From Eubacteriales bacterium (lineage in GTDB: Bacteria; Bacillota; Clostridia; Oscillospirales; UMGS1783): a stretch of 64,000 nt of DNA. The DNA lies in assembly GCA_045541395.1 (NCBI GenBank), contig JAZQIZ010000001.1, forward strand, positions 107,701 through 171,700, read 5' to 3'. Position numbers and translations under genes: made by a program. The notes beneath the pieces were generated by a model. It was not told the origin of the DNA. It did no database searches and saw only the letters and a program-made list of their open reading frames with translations. Shown in pieces: positions 18,780-28,800 of the stretch (positions within the stretch are counted from its first letter, which is position 1; every line of letters begins with the position of its first letter).

Positions 18780-19514
18780 TTACATTTCCTTGTTGATAGT
18801 ATTGATTATTGCTTCAATATTTATATTATCACCGTTATAAGTGCGGAAATAATAGTTGTTGGCTTGTTTTTTTTCTTCTGCACGTTTAATTTTAATATTT
18901 GCGCCCAAGGGAGCTTCGTTTATATAATTAATACAGATCGATCTGATTATTTCATTATCAATACCATCAATATAGTTGCAAAGCATATCGGGATAATTAG
19001 TGTTATTCATATGCATATTACAATCGGTATCGGAGTATAAAACCTTTTTATGTCCAACCTCTTTATATTCAAGCTCCTTAGGTAGATGAAATTTCTTGGG
19101 AAGGGGAAGCTCAAGTCCTTTATCGTTGGTATAATGTAGGTCGGCTTGTTTAACGGTACAAAGCTTTTTGGTTTCTATGTCAATAAGCGCCCAAATAGCA
19201 TAAGCTTCAACAAGAACTTCTTCTTTGTTGTTTAATAACTGATAGCTTCGGCAAAATGACGCTCCTCTTTCATCACATGCCCAGGTCCTGCATGTTATTT
19301 TTTCAAAAGGAACTATAGGTTTGTGAAAAAGAACGTTAATTCTGCTTAAAACAAAAGCAAAGCCTTTATTCCATAATTGTTCGTATGATGGGCCCTCAGC
19401 AGACATCTGCCTGCTGGCGCTTTCCTGAAGGTATCTCCAAACAGTAGTCGGACGGATATTCCCATTTGGCCAAAATTCCTGTGAAGATACGTCATACTCT
19501 TCTTTGTGGTACAT
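18780..19514 (-). CDS. Acyl-ACP thioesterase
   Basis: Double hot-dog fold; SDTDCNMHMNNTNY motif; GGAGG RBS before ATG 19514. Confidence 0.85.
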   Translation of the reverse strand: MYHKEEYDVSSQEFWPNGNIRPTTVWRYLQESASRQMSAEGPSYEQLWNKGFAFVLSRINVLFHKPIVPFEKITCRTWACDERGASFCRSYQLLNNKEEVLVEAYAIWALIDIETKKLCTVKQADLHYTNDKGLELPLPKKFHLPKELEYKEVGHKKVLYSDTDCNMHMNNTNYPDMLCNYIDGIDNEIIRSICINYINEAPLGANIKIKRAEEKKQANNYYFRTYNGDNINIEAIINTINKEM

Positions 19515-19543
19515 AGAAACCTCCTGTTCAGGCAACTTTTATT

Positions 19544-19572
19544 ATGATAGCATTTAAATTTTTCCTTGTCAA
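19544..19572 (-). promoter_or_regulatory. sigmaA promoter of thioesterase-MBOAT operon
   Basis: Minus strand TTGACA-17 bp-TATCAT with extended TG. Confidence 0.7.
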
Positions 19573-19632
19573 TAAGGCATTTATGCTGTAAAATATATTA
19601 GATATATGTTAACCATGCTAATGTGCAGCTAT

Positions 19633-19693
19633 TTTGAATTTTTATGCATAAATATCTTGACTTTTATCGCATAATGATGTATATTTATACATA
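19633..19693 (+). promoter_or_regulatory. ARG boxes (ArgR/AhrC operators) overlapping the arg promoter
   Basis: TGAAT-TTTT-ATGCA (19635-48) and TGTAT-ATTT-ATACA (19678-91) flank or overlap TTGACT-17-TATATT (19657-85). Confidence 0.75.
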
Positions 19694-19735
19694 ATATTAG
19701 TATGAGACAGTTTTGGCTTTGGAAAGGAAAGAAGT

Positions 19736-20662
19736 ATGAAAAAAGTATTTATTGACGGAAGCGCCGGAACTACCGGACTTCGTATATATGACAGGCTAAC
19801 AGGGCGAAAAGATATTACCCTTATCACTCTTAAAGAAAGCGAAAGAAAAGATGATAATTTTAGAAAAGCTGCCCTTAATGAAAGTGATATAGCTTTTTTA
19901 TGTTTGCCGGATGAAGAGGCACGAAGAGCGGTCGTGATGACTGAAAATAATAATACTGTGCTTATAGATACTTCTACTGCTCACAGAACTTTTGAAGATT
20001 GGGCTTACGGTTTTCCTGAACTTTCAAAAGAGTTATATGCTAAAATAGAAAATTCAAAAAGAATTGCAGTTCCCGGATGCCATGCAAGCGGGTTTATTGC
20101 CCTTGTATACCCTCTTATAGAAAAAGGGATTATAAATAAGGACATTTTACTAACCTGCCACTCTGTTACCGGTTACAGCGGAGGCGGTAAAAAAATGATA
20201 ACGGAATATGAGGGCGAGGGAAGGGATTTTCTTTTAGGTGCTCCTCGTCAGTACGGCATCACGCAGAATCATAAACATCTTAAAGAGATGGTTAAGATCT
20301 CAGGCATTGAGAATACACCTATATTTTGCCCAATAGTATCGGATTTTTACAGCGGTATGGCGGTAACCGTCCCTCTGTTTAAAAAGGATATTCAGGGCAG
20401 CTTTGATGATATTAAAAAAGTTTATTCCGAAAAATATAACACAAATACTGTTTACTATAAAGAAGATATATCAAAAGGCGGCTTTATAAGCGCTCTTGGT
20501 ATGAGCAAAAAAGACAGTATGGAAATAAGTGTTTGCGGTAATGAGGATAGGATCCTTTTAACTGCATTGTACGACAATTTAGGTAAAGGCTCTTCAGGTG
20601 CTGCAATTCAGTGTCTCAATATTGTTATGGGAGCAGAAATGACCGAAGGTCTTGAACTTTAA
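19736..20662 (+). CDS. argC: N-acetyl-gamma-glutamyl-phosphate reductase (type 2)
   Basis: VFIDGSAGTTG, AVPGCHASG, GYSGGGK, DNLGKGSSGAA. Confidence 0.95.
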   Translation: MKKVFIDGSAGTTGLRIYDRLTGRKDITLITLKESERKDDNFRKAALNESDIAFLCLPDEEARRAVVMTENNNTVLIDTSTAHRTFEDWAYGFPELSKELYAKIENSKRIAVPGCHASGFIALVYPLIEKGIINKDILLTCHSVTGYSGGGKKMITEYEGEGRDFLLGAPRQYGITQNHKHLKEMVKISGIENTPIFCPIVSDFYSGMAVTVPLFKKDIQGSFDDIKKVYSEKYNTNTVYYKEDISKGGFISALGMSKKDSMEISVCGNEDRILLTALYDNLGKGSSGAAIQCLNIVMGAEMTEGLEL

Positions 20663-20674
20663 AGGAGAATTAAT

Positions 20675-21889
20675 ATGAAATTAACAGAAGGCGGCGTTTG
20701 CGCTGCACAGGGCTTTAGTGCTAACGGTATTCATTGCGGCATACGCGCAGGCAAAACTAAGCGTGATCTTGCTCTTATATTCAGTGAGGTTCCTGCGTCT
20801 GCTGCTTCGGTTTATACAACAAACCTTGTGAAGGGCGCTCCTATTACCGTAACCAAAGAAAATATATCCAACGGTATTGCTCAGGCAATTATCTGCAATA
20901 GCGGTAACGCAAATACTTGCAATGCAAACGGTGTTGAAATTGCTAAAAAGACCTGTAAGCTCATTGCAAATGAGCTTAAAATAAACGAAAATGACGTTGT
21001 TGTTGCTTCTACAGGCGTTATAGGTCAGCCTTTAAGCATTACTCCTATAGAAAAAGGTATTCCTGAGTTGGTTAAAGGTTTAAATAAAAACAACAGTGAA
21101 ATTGCCGCAGAAGGTATTATGACTACCGATACAAGGCTTAAGCAGATAGCGATATCATTTGATATTGACGGTGTTGAATGTAAAATAGGCGGTATTGCAG
21201 AGGGCTCCGGTATGATCCACCCCGATATGGCCACTATGCTGGTGTTCATTACTACCGACTGTGCAATTTCTCCCGAACTTTTGCAGAAAGCATTAAGTAC
21301 CGATATTAAAAATACCTTCAATATGGTTAGTGTCGACGGGGATACATCTACTAATGATATGGTTACTGTTCTGGCAAACGGTATGGCCCAAAACGAACCT
21401 ATTTGTATTGAAGATGAAAACTTTGAGATATTCATGAAGGCCCTGAATACGGTTACTGTATATTTATGCAGATGCATAGCAGGTGACGGTGAAGGTGCTA
21501 CCAAGCTACTTGAATGCAAAGTTGAAGGCGGCAAAACAGAAGATATTGCAAAAACGGTTGCCAAATCCGTTATCTGTTCCTCCCTTACAAAAGCAGCAAT
21601 GTTTGGCGCAGATGCGAATTGGGGCAGAGTACTATGCGCTATCGGATACAGTAAAGCGCCTGTTGACGTAAATAAGATCGACGTTTCATTTAGATCCGAA
21701 AAGGGTCAGATCAACGTTTGCAGGAACGGTGCAGGTATTGAATTTTCGGAAGAAAAGGCAAAAGAAGTACTTCTTTGTAATGAAATAGAAATACTCATTA
21801 ATTTAAACTCAGGTGAAAATAAGGCTACTGCCTGGGGCTGTGATCTTACTTATGATTACGTTAAGATCAACGGCGATTACAGGACTTAA
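20675..21889 (+). CDS. argJ: Ornithine acetyltransferase / N-acetylglutamate synthase
   Basis: NSGNAN, STGVIG, MTTDT, GMIHPDMATML, DGDTSTND, DGEGATK, NWGR, NGDYRT. Confidence 0.95.
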   Translation: MKLTEGGVCAAQGFSANGIHCGIRAGKTKRDLALIFSEVPASAASVYTTNLVKGAPITVTKENISNGIAQAIICNSGNANTCNANGVEIAKKTCKLIANELKINENDVVVASTGVIGQPLSITPIEKGIPELVKGLNKNNSEIAAEGIMTTDTRLKQIAISFDIDGVECKIGGIAEGSGMIHPDMATMLVFITTDCAISPELLQKALSTDIKNTFNMVSVDGDTSTNDMVTVLANGMAQNEPICIEDENFEIFMKALNTVTVYLCRCIAGDGEGATKLLECKVEGGKTEDIAKTVAKSVICSSLTKAAMFGADANWGRVLCAIGYSKAPVDVNKIDVSFRSEKGQINVCRNGAGIEFSEEKAKEVLLCNEIEILINLNSGENKATAWGCDLTYDYVKINGDYRT

Positions 21890-21902
21890 TAAGGAGATAA
21901 AA

Positions 21903-22766
21903 ATGGAACTTACTAATGCACAAAGGGCGGACGTTCTTACACAGGCACTGCCATATATACAAAAATACACCAATAAGATCATTGTTATTAAATACGGCGG
22001 TAACGCAATGATCAACGAAGAATTAAAGCAGGCTGTTATGAGGGATATTGTTCTTATGTCACTTATAGGAATCAAGGTAGTTCTGGTTCACGGTGGCGGT
22101 CCTGAAATAACGGATATGCTTGGTAGAATAGGCAAGAAGAGTGAGTTTGTTAACGGTCTCCGTGTTACCGACAGAGAAACGGCAGAGGTAGTTCAAATGG
22201 TTCTTGCCGGCAAAATAAATAAGAATCTTGTTAATCTGTTGCAGAATAACGGAGGCAAGTCTATTGGTCTTTGCGGTATGGACGGTCATCTGATTGAAGC
22301 AAAGATTAAAGATGAACAGCTTGGTTTTGTAGGAGAAATAACTAATATTAACGTTGAACCCATTCTTGATGTTCTTGAAAAGGGTTATATTCCTGTTGTA
22401 TCTACTGTTGGTTGTGATGCAGAGGGAAATACATATAACATTAATGCAGATACTGCCGCTTCTAAAATTGCAGGAATGCTTAAGGCTGAGAGCCTTATTT
22501 CTATGACAGATATTGCAGGGTTATTAAGAGATAAGGATGATCCTGAATCCCTTATTAAAGTGGTGAACGTAAGTGAAGCTCCTTTGCTTGTTAAGGAAGG
22601 AATCATATCCGGAGGTATGATACCTAAAGTTGAATGTTGTATAGAAGCTATTCGCATGGGCGTTCACAAGGTATTTATTCTTGACGGTCGAGTTCCTCAT
22701 TCAATTATTATAGAAATGCTTACCGACGAAGGTATTGGAACAATGTTTGTTGGAGGTAATATATGA
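21903..22766 (+). CDS. argB: Acetylglutamate kinase
   Basis: KYGGNAM, VHGGGP, GLRVTD, NINAD, GGMIPK; AAGGAG RBS before ATG 21903. Confidence 0.96.
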   Translation: MELTNAQRADVLTQALPYIQKYTNKIIVIKYGGNAMINEELKQAVMRDIVLMSLIGIKVVLVHGGGPEITDMLGRIGKKSEFVNGLRVTDRETAEVVQMVLAGKINKNLVNLLQNNGGKSIGLCGMDGHLIEAKIKDEQLGFVGEITNINVEPILDVLEKGYIPVVSTVGCDAEGNTYNINADTAASKIAGMLKAESLISMTDIAGLLRDKDDPESLIKVVNVSEAPLLVKEGIISGGMIPKVECCIEAIRMGVHKVFILDGRVPHSIIIEMLTDEGIGTMFVGGNI

Positions 22767-23926
22767 ATACCAAAGAGAGGGATAGTTTGTACGTAGCTCA
22801 TACCTACGGAAGATTTCCTTTGGAGATCGTTAGTGGTAAAGGCTCTGTTGTTAAAGATGAAAACGGTAAGGAATATATTGATCTTGGTACAGGTATTGCT
22901 GTAAACGCATTTGGTATTTGTGATGATATCTGGGTAAAGGCTGTAACAGAACAGCTTGCCAGGTGTCAGCATACCTCAAATCTGTATTATTCTGAGCCAT
23001 GTACTAAGCTAGCGCAGCTGCTTTGCGAAAAAACCGGAATGAAGAAAGTGTTCTTTTCCAATTCAGGTGCAGAGGCTAATGAGTGTGCAATAAAGGGCGC
23101 AAGAAAATATGCACAGGACAAAAAGGGCAAGGATTATTACACAATAATTACTCTTGTTAACAGCTTTCACGGAAGAACCATAACAACTCTTGCTGCAACC
23201 GGCCAAGAAACCTTCCATAAGGAATTTACACCTTTAACAGAAGGCTTTGTATATGCGCAGTCTAATAATATTGAGGACCTTAAAGAAAAGGTTAACAATA
23301 ACAAGGTTGCTGCTATTATGTTTGAGGTTGTACAGGGTGAAGGCGGTGTTTTGCCTTTAGAAAGAGACTTTGTTGAGGCAATGGTTCAGATTGCAATGGA
23401 GCAGGATATTCTTCTTATTGCGGATGAAGTTCAAACCGGTAACGGCAGAACTGGTATGCTTTACGGATATATGAATTTTGGATTTACTCCCGATATTGTT
23501 TCAACAGCTAAGGGCCTTGGCGCAGGGCTGCCTATCGGTGCAACAATGTTTAACGAAAAAACCGAAAACGTTTATTCTCCCGGCCTTCACGGATCTACTT
23601 TTGGCGGAAACCCTGTATGTTGTGCAGGCGCAATTTCGGTTGTTGAGAGAATGGATAAAGAGTTTCTTGAAAGTGTTAGAGAAAAATCAGATTATATATT
23701 TACTGCTCTTAACGGTGCAAAGGGTGTAAAGAGCGTATCCGGTATGGGCCTTATGATAGGTATCGAAACCGAAAAGGATGCAAAACAGGTTATTTCAGAA
23801 TGTATGGAAAAAGGTGTTTTAGTTATTAGCGCAAAAACAAAAGTAAGGCTTTTGCCTGCATTGAATATTCCAATGAGACAGCTGGAGAAGGCTATTGAAA
23901 TTATTAAAGAGGTGTGTGCAAAATGA
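22763..23926 (+). CDS. argD: Acetylornithine aminotransferase
   Basis: NSGAEANE, SFHGRT, QGEGG, DEVQTG, AKGLG, HGSTFGGNP. Confidence 0.95.
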   Translation: MNTKERDSLYVAHTYGRFPLEIVSGKGSVVKDENGKEYIDLGTGIAVNAFGICDDIWVKAVTEQLARCQHTSNLYYSEPCTKLAQLLCEKTGMKKVFFSNSGAEANECAIKGARKYAQDKKGKDYYTIITLVNSFHGRTITTLAATGQETFHKEFTPLTEGFVYAQSNNIEDLKEKVNNNKVAAIMFEVVQGEGGVLPLERDFVEAMVQIAMEQDILLIADEVQTGNGRTGMLYGYMNFGFTPDIVSTAKGLGAGLPIGATMFNEKTENVYSPGLHGSTFGGNPVCCAGAISVVERMDKEFLESVREKSDYIFTALNGAKGVKSVSGMGLMIGIETEKDAKQVISECMEKGVLVISAKTKVRLLPALNIPMRQLEKAIEIIKEVCAK

Positions 23927-24831
23927 AGCATTTATTGAAACTTATGGATCTCTCTTCCGAAGAAATTCGTGAAATACTTGATCTTGCCGATCAGTTAAAA
24001 TATGAAAAGAAAAACGGTATCGAGCATCATTTACTTAAAGGGAAAACACTTGGTATGATATTCTCCAAATCTTCTACACGTACAAGAGTTTCTTTTGAGG
24101 TAGGTATGTACGATTTAGGTGGCAGTGCTTTATTTTTAAGCGCACGTGATCTGCAAATAGGTCGTGGCGAGCCTGTTGAAGATACTGCAAGGGTACTGTC
24201 AAGATACCTTGACGGTATTATGATACGAACCTTCGATCAGAGTGAGGTCGAAGACCTTGCAAAATACGGTTCTATACCCATTATTAACGGGCTTACAGAC
24301 TACTGCCATCCATGCCAGGTTCTTGCTGATTTACTTACAATTCGTGAGTATAAGGGTATTCTTAGCGGTAAAAAGCTTTGCTATATAGGTGACGGAAATA
24401 ATATGACCAACTCCCTTATTGTTGGCGGTATTAAAATGGGAATGAAGGTAAGCGTAGGTTGCCCCGATAACTACAGACCTGATGCTGAGCTCATGAAATG
24501 GGCAAATGAAAACGGTGAATTTGAATGTACTTCCGATATATACAAAGCAGCAAAAGACGCAGACGTTTTATATACCGACGTTTGGGCGTCTATGGGGCAG
24601 GAACAGGAAGCGCAGCTTAGAAAAGAAGTGTTTAAGGGCTATCAGATCAATAACAGCGTAATGGCTGTAGCAAAGCCCGATGCAATGGTTCTTCACTGTC
24701 TGCCTGCTCACAGAGAAGAAGAAATTACTGCAGAGGTATTTGAAGCCCATGCAAATGAAATTTTTGATGAAGCTGAAAACAGACTTCATGCACAGAAGGC
24801 TGTTCTTGTTAAGTGTATGTCGGAGAAATAA
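23923..24831 (+). CDS. argF: Ornithine carbamoyltransferase
   Basis: SSTRTRVSFE, HPCQ, DVWASMG, HCLP, AENRLH. Confidence 0.97.
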   Translation: MKHLLKLMDLSSEEIREILDLADQLKYEKKNGIEHHLLKGKTLGMIFSKSSTRTRVSFEVGMYDLGGSALFLSARDLQIGRGEPVEDTARVLSRYLDGIMIRTFDQSEVEDLAKYGSIPIINGLTDYCHPCQVLADLLTIREYKGILSGKKLCYIGDGNNMTNSLIVGGIKMGMKVSVGCPDNYRPDAELMKWANENGEFECTSDIYKAAKDADVLYTDVWASMGQEQEAQLRKEVFKGYQINNSVMAVAKPDAMVLHCLPAHREEEITAEVFEAHANEIFDEAENRLHAQKAVLVKCMSEK

Positions 24832-24837
24832 TTTTTT

Positions 24838-25884
24838 ATGAAAAAAGCATATTTGGTATTGGAAGACGGTACCGTATTTGAAGGTTACCGTTTCGGTGCA
24901 CAGGCCAACGCATTAGGTGAGCTTGTGTTTACAACAGGGGTTTGCGGTTATATTGAGACCCTTACAGATCCTTCATATTGTGGTCAGATAGTAGTACAGA
25001 CCTTTCCTATGATAGGTAACTACGGTTTTATTTCTGAGGATATGGATGGAAAATGCGCTCTGACAGGCTACGTTGTAAGGGAATGGTGCGATTCGCCCTC
25101 AAACTTTCGCTCTGAAGGTACAATAGATGAATTTCTGAAGAGAGCAGGTATTCCCGGTATTTGTGGAGTAGATACAAGGCATCTGACTGCCATACTGAGA
25201 GAAAAGGGAAGTATGAACGCTTACATTTGTGATAGTGTTCCCGATGATCTAAGTATTGTTAAATTTCACAAATCGGAAGAGCCAGTTAAGAAGGTTACCT
25301 GCGAGGAAGTTAAAAAATACGCGGCTGATAAAGCAAAACATAATATTGCATTAATTGATTTCGGAACAAAGATATCTCTTATACAGGCTTTGAACAATAA
25401 AGGCTGTAACGTTTCTGTTTATCCTGCTAATTCACCCCTGATCAGTGTTTTACCGGATCTTTATGACGGTATTGTGCTTTCCGGAGGTCCGGGCGAGCCT
25501 AAGCCGGGAGAGTATACCGAGACCATTAAGGCGCTGTTTGGCAAAAAGCCCGTATTGGCAATTGGCCTTGGGCATCAGCTTCTTGCTTTGGCATGCGGTG
25601 CAAAAATATTTAAAATGAACCACGGCCACCGTGGTGCTAACCAGCCGTGCCGATATTTAGCAGGTAATCGAACCTATATAACCGAGCAAAACCATGGTTA
25701 TGCTGTTGATAAAGACAGTGTTATTACAGGCGTAATTAGTTTTGTTAATGCTAATGACGGCACCTGTGAGGGTATTGAATATAAAGAACAAAGGGCTGTT
25801 TCGGTTCAGTTTTATCCTGATGATTGTAATGGTACGGAGTTTGTGTATCATCAGTTCATTGATATGATGGGAGGTGCAAACTAA
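24838..25884 (+). CDS. carA: Carbamoyl-phosphate synthase small subunit with degenerate glutaminase site
   Basis: LVLEDG, TDPSY.GQ, GVDTR, GHRGANQP, QNHGYAV; AIGLGHQ replaces GICLGHQ and QFYPD replaces QxHPE. Confidence 0.92.
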   Translation: MKKAYLVLEDGTVFEGYRFGAQANALGELVFTTGVCGYIETLTDPSYCGQIVVQTFPMIGNYGFISEDMDGKCALTGYVVREWCDSPSNFRSEGTIDEFLKRAGIPGICGVDTRHLTAILREKGSMNAYICDSVPDDLSIVKFHKSEEPVKKVTCEEVKKYAADKAKHNIALIDFGTKISLIQALNNKGCNVSVYPANSPLISVLPDLYDGIVLSGGPGEPKPGEYTETIKALFGKKPVLAIGLGHQLLALACGAKIFKMNHGHRGANQPCRYLAGNRTYITEQNHGYAVDKDSVITGVISFVNANDGTCEGIEYKEQRAVSVQFYPDDCNGTEFVYHQFIDMMGGAN

Positions 25885-28800
25885 TGCCATTAGACAGCAC
25901 TATAAAGAAAGTAATGGTAATTGGTTCCGGCCCTATTATTATCGGTCAGGCCGCAGAATTTGACTATGCGGGTGCTCAGGCTTGCCGTGTGCTTAAACAA
26001 GCAGGCGTTAACGTTGTGCTTGTAAATTCCAATCCCGCCACAATTATGACGGATAAGGCATTGGCCGATGAAATATATCTTGAACCTTTAACAACAGAAA
26101 CTTTAAAAAGGATAATAGAAAAAGAAAAACCTGACAGTTTACTGGCGGGTCTTGGCGGACAAACAGGTCTTACTTTATCTATGCAGTTGTCTAAGGACGG
26201 ATTTTTGAAAAATCACGGAGTAAGGCTCATTGGTACTAATGAAGAGGCTATTGACAAAGCCGAGGACCGTCAGCTTTTTAAGGACGCAATGGAGGCTATA
26301 GGTCAGCCTGTTATTCCTTCAGAGATCTCAAACACAGTAGAAGATTCTCTTATGATCGCCGATAGAATTGGTTATCCCGTTATTGTAAGACCTGCCTTTA
26401 CTTTGGGTGGTTCCGGCGGCGGTGTTGCTTATAATGAAGATGAGTTGAAGGAAATTGCTAGATCCGGTCTTGATGCTTCTCCTATAACACAGATACTTGT
26501 TGAGAAATATATTTGGGGTTGGAAGGAAATTGAGTTTGAAACCATGCGAGATTACGCAGGCAATGCTATTGCGGTTTGCAGTATGGAAAACTTCGACCCT
26601 GTAGGTGTGCACACAGGCGACAGTATTGTTTGTGCGCCGGCCCTTACTTTATCTTCTAAAGAATACAAAATGCTGCATGACGCATCTATGGCGATAGTTA
26701 ACGAACTCGAGATCGTTGGTGGCTGCAACTGCCAGTTTGCTCTTAATCCTGATAGTATGGAGTACGCTGTAATTGAAGTAAATCCTAGGGTCTCTCGTTC
26801 TTCGGCGCTTGCTTCAAAGGCAACCGGTTATCCTATTGCAAAAATAACAACAAAGGTTGCTCTTGGGTACACTTTAGATGAAATTGAAAATGAAATAACA
26901 GGGAAGACCTGCGCTTGCTTTGAGCCTACTGTTGACTACGTTGTTGTGAAATTTCCAAAGTGGCCTTTTGATAAATTTGTGGGAGCAAGCAGAAAGCTTG
27001 GAACACAAATGAAGGCAACGGGAGAGGTAATGTCTATAGGTACCTCTTTTGAAATGGCTATTATGAAGGCCGTTCGTGGCGCTGAAATCTCATTGGATAC
27101 CCTTAATGCGGCACCAATAAACGATCTTTCTTTGGAAGAAAGGCTTGCTGCCTGCGATGACCGCAGGATATTCACTGTTTTTGAAGCAATTAAAAGCGGT
27201 TTTGATATTGAAAAGATTTATGAAATAACTAGAATAGACAGGTTCTTTCTTTATAAACTTAAAAAACTTGCAGATTATGAAAAAGATATTGAACGAAATG
27301 GTTTAAATGAAGAAACATATTATTTGGGTAAAGATTTAGGGTATCCCGATGCAGCACTTATGCGCATTGCAAACCTTAAAGCCCTTCCTGTGAACAAGAA
27401 TGCAGTATATAAGATGGTAGATACTTGCGCAGCGGAATTTGATGCAAAAACACCGTATTTTTATTCTACGTACGATAATTACTGCGAATCAAAGAATTTT
27501 GTCAGAAGCGGCAATCCTGTTGTTATGGTTTTAGGTTCAGGTCCAATCAGGATTGGTCAGGGTATAGAGTTTGACTATTCTTCGGTTCACTGCGTTTGGA
27601 CTTTGAAAGAGCAGGGATACGACGTAGTAATTGTAAATAATAACCCTGAGACTGTTTCAACCGACTACGACACTGCCGACAGGCTTTATTTTGAACCTTT
27701 AACTCCTGAAGATGTTATGAATATAATAAGGGTCGAAAATCCAATTGGTGTTGTTGTTGCATTTGGCGGACAAACTGCCATCAAGCTTACTAAGTTTTTG
27801 GATGATAACGGTATTCCTATTTTAGGAACTTCGGCTGAAGGTATTGATATTGCCGAAGACAGAGAACGTTTTGATGAGCTTCTTGAAAGTTTCTCAATTA
27901 AGCGTCCTAAGGGTTTTGGTGTCATGACAGAAAAAGAGGCCCTTGAGGCGGCTGAAAGTTTGGGATATCCTGTGCTTTTGCGTCCTTCTTACGTTATTGG
28001 TGGGCAGAATATGTCTATCGTTCATAATGAAAAGGAAGTAAAAGTTTATATGGAACGAATACTTTCTACAGGTATTGAGAATCCTGTGCTTGTGGATAAG
28101 TATATGATGGGAACAGAGCTCGAGGTAGACGTTATTTCTGATGGAGACGATGTTCTTATTCCCGGAATTATGGAGCATATTGAACGTGCAGGCGTTCATA
28201 GCGGTGACTCCATTGCAGTATACCCTCCATACAATATTAACGATAAAATGATAAGCACTGTTGTTGAGTGTTCATCTAAACTTGCTCTTTCAATGGGGAC
28301 TAAAGGCCTTGTAAATATTCAATATCTTATTTACAATAATGAGCTTTACGTTATTGAGGTAAATCCCAGAGCATCCCGTACAGTTCCCTATATAAGTAAG
28401 GTGACCGGGGTTCCGATGGTTGATCTTGCTTCAAAGGTTATGCTTGGTGCTTCCCTTGAGTCATTGGGTTATGGCACCGGTCTTTATAAGCTTCCGCCTT
28501 ATTATGCTGTAAAAGTGCCCGTATTTTCTTTTGAAAAGTTAACAGATGTTAATTCCTATCTTGGACCTGAAATGAAGTCTACAGGTGAGGTTCTTGGTAT
28601 TGGTAAGACCCTGAATGAAGCATTGTTTAAGGGAATGACATCCGCTGGCTTTGAATTGAAAACTCCTCATAAAGGTGAAGATGCCGGTGTACTGATAAGC
28701 GTTAGCGAGCATGATCTATTAGAGGTTGTTGCCTTAGCTAAAAAACTGGACGACCTTAATATGAAAATATATGCTACAAAGGACACCGCAGAATCTATTT

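Noticed and set aside
21025-21564. 179-aa antisense ORF over argJ, and similar ones at 32750-33202 and 62320-62790
   Set aside because: Antisense shadows of well-supported genes with low-complexity Ser/Ile/Phe-rich translations
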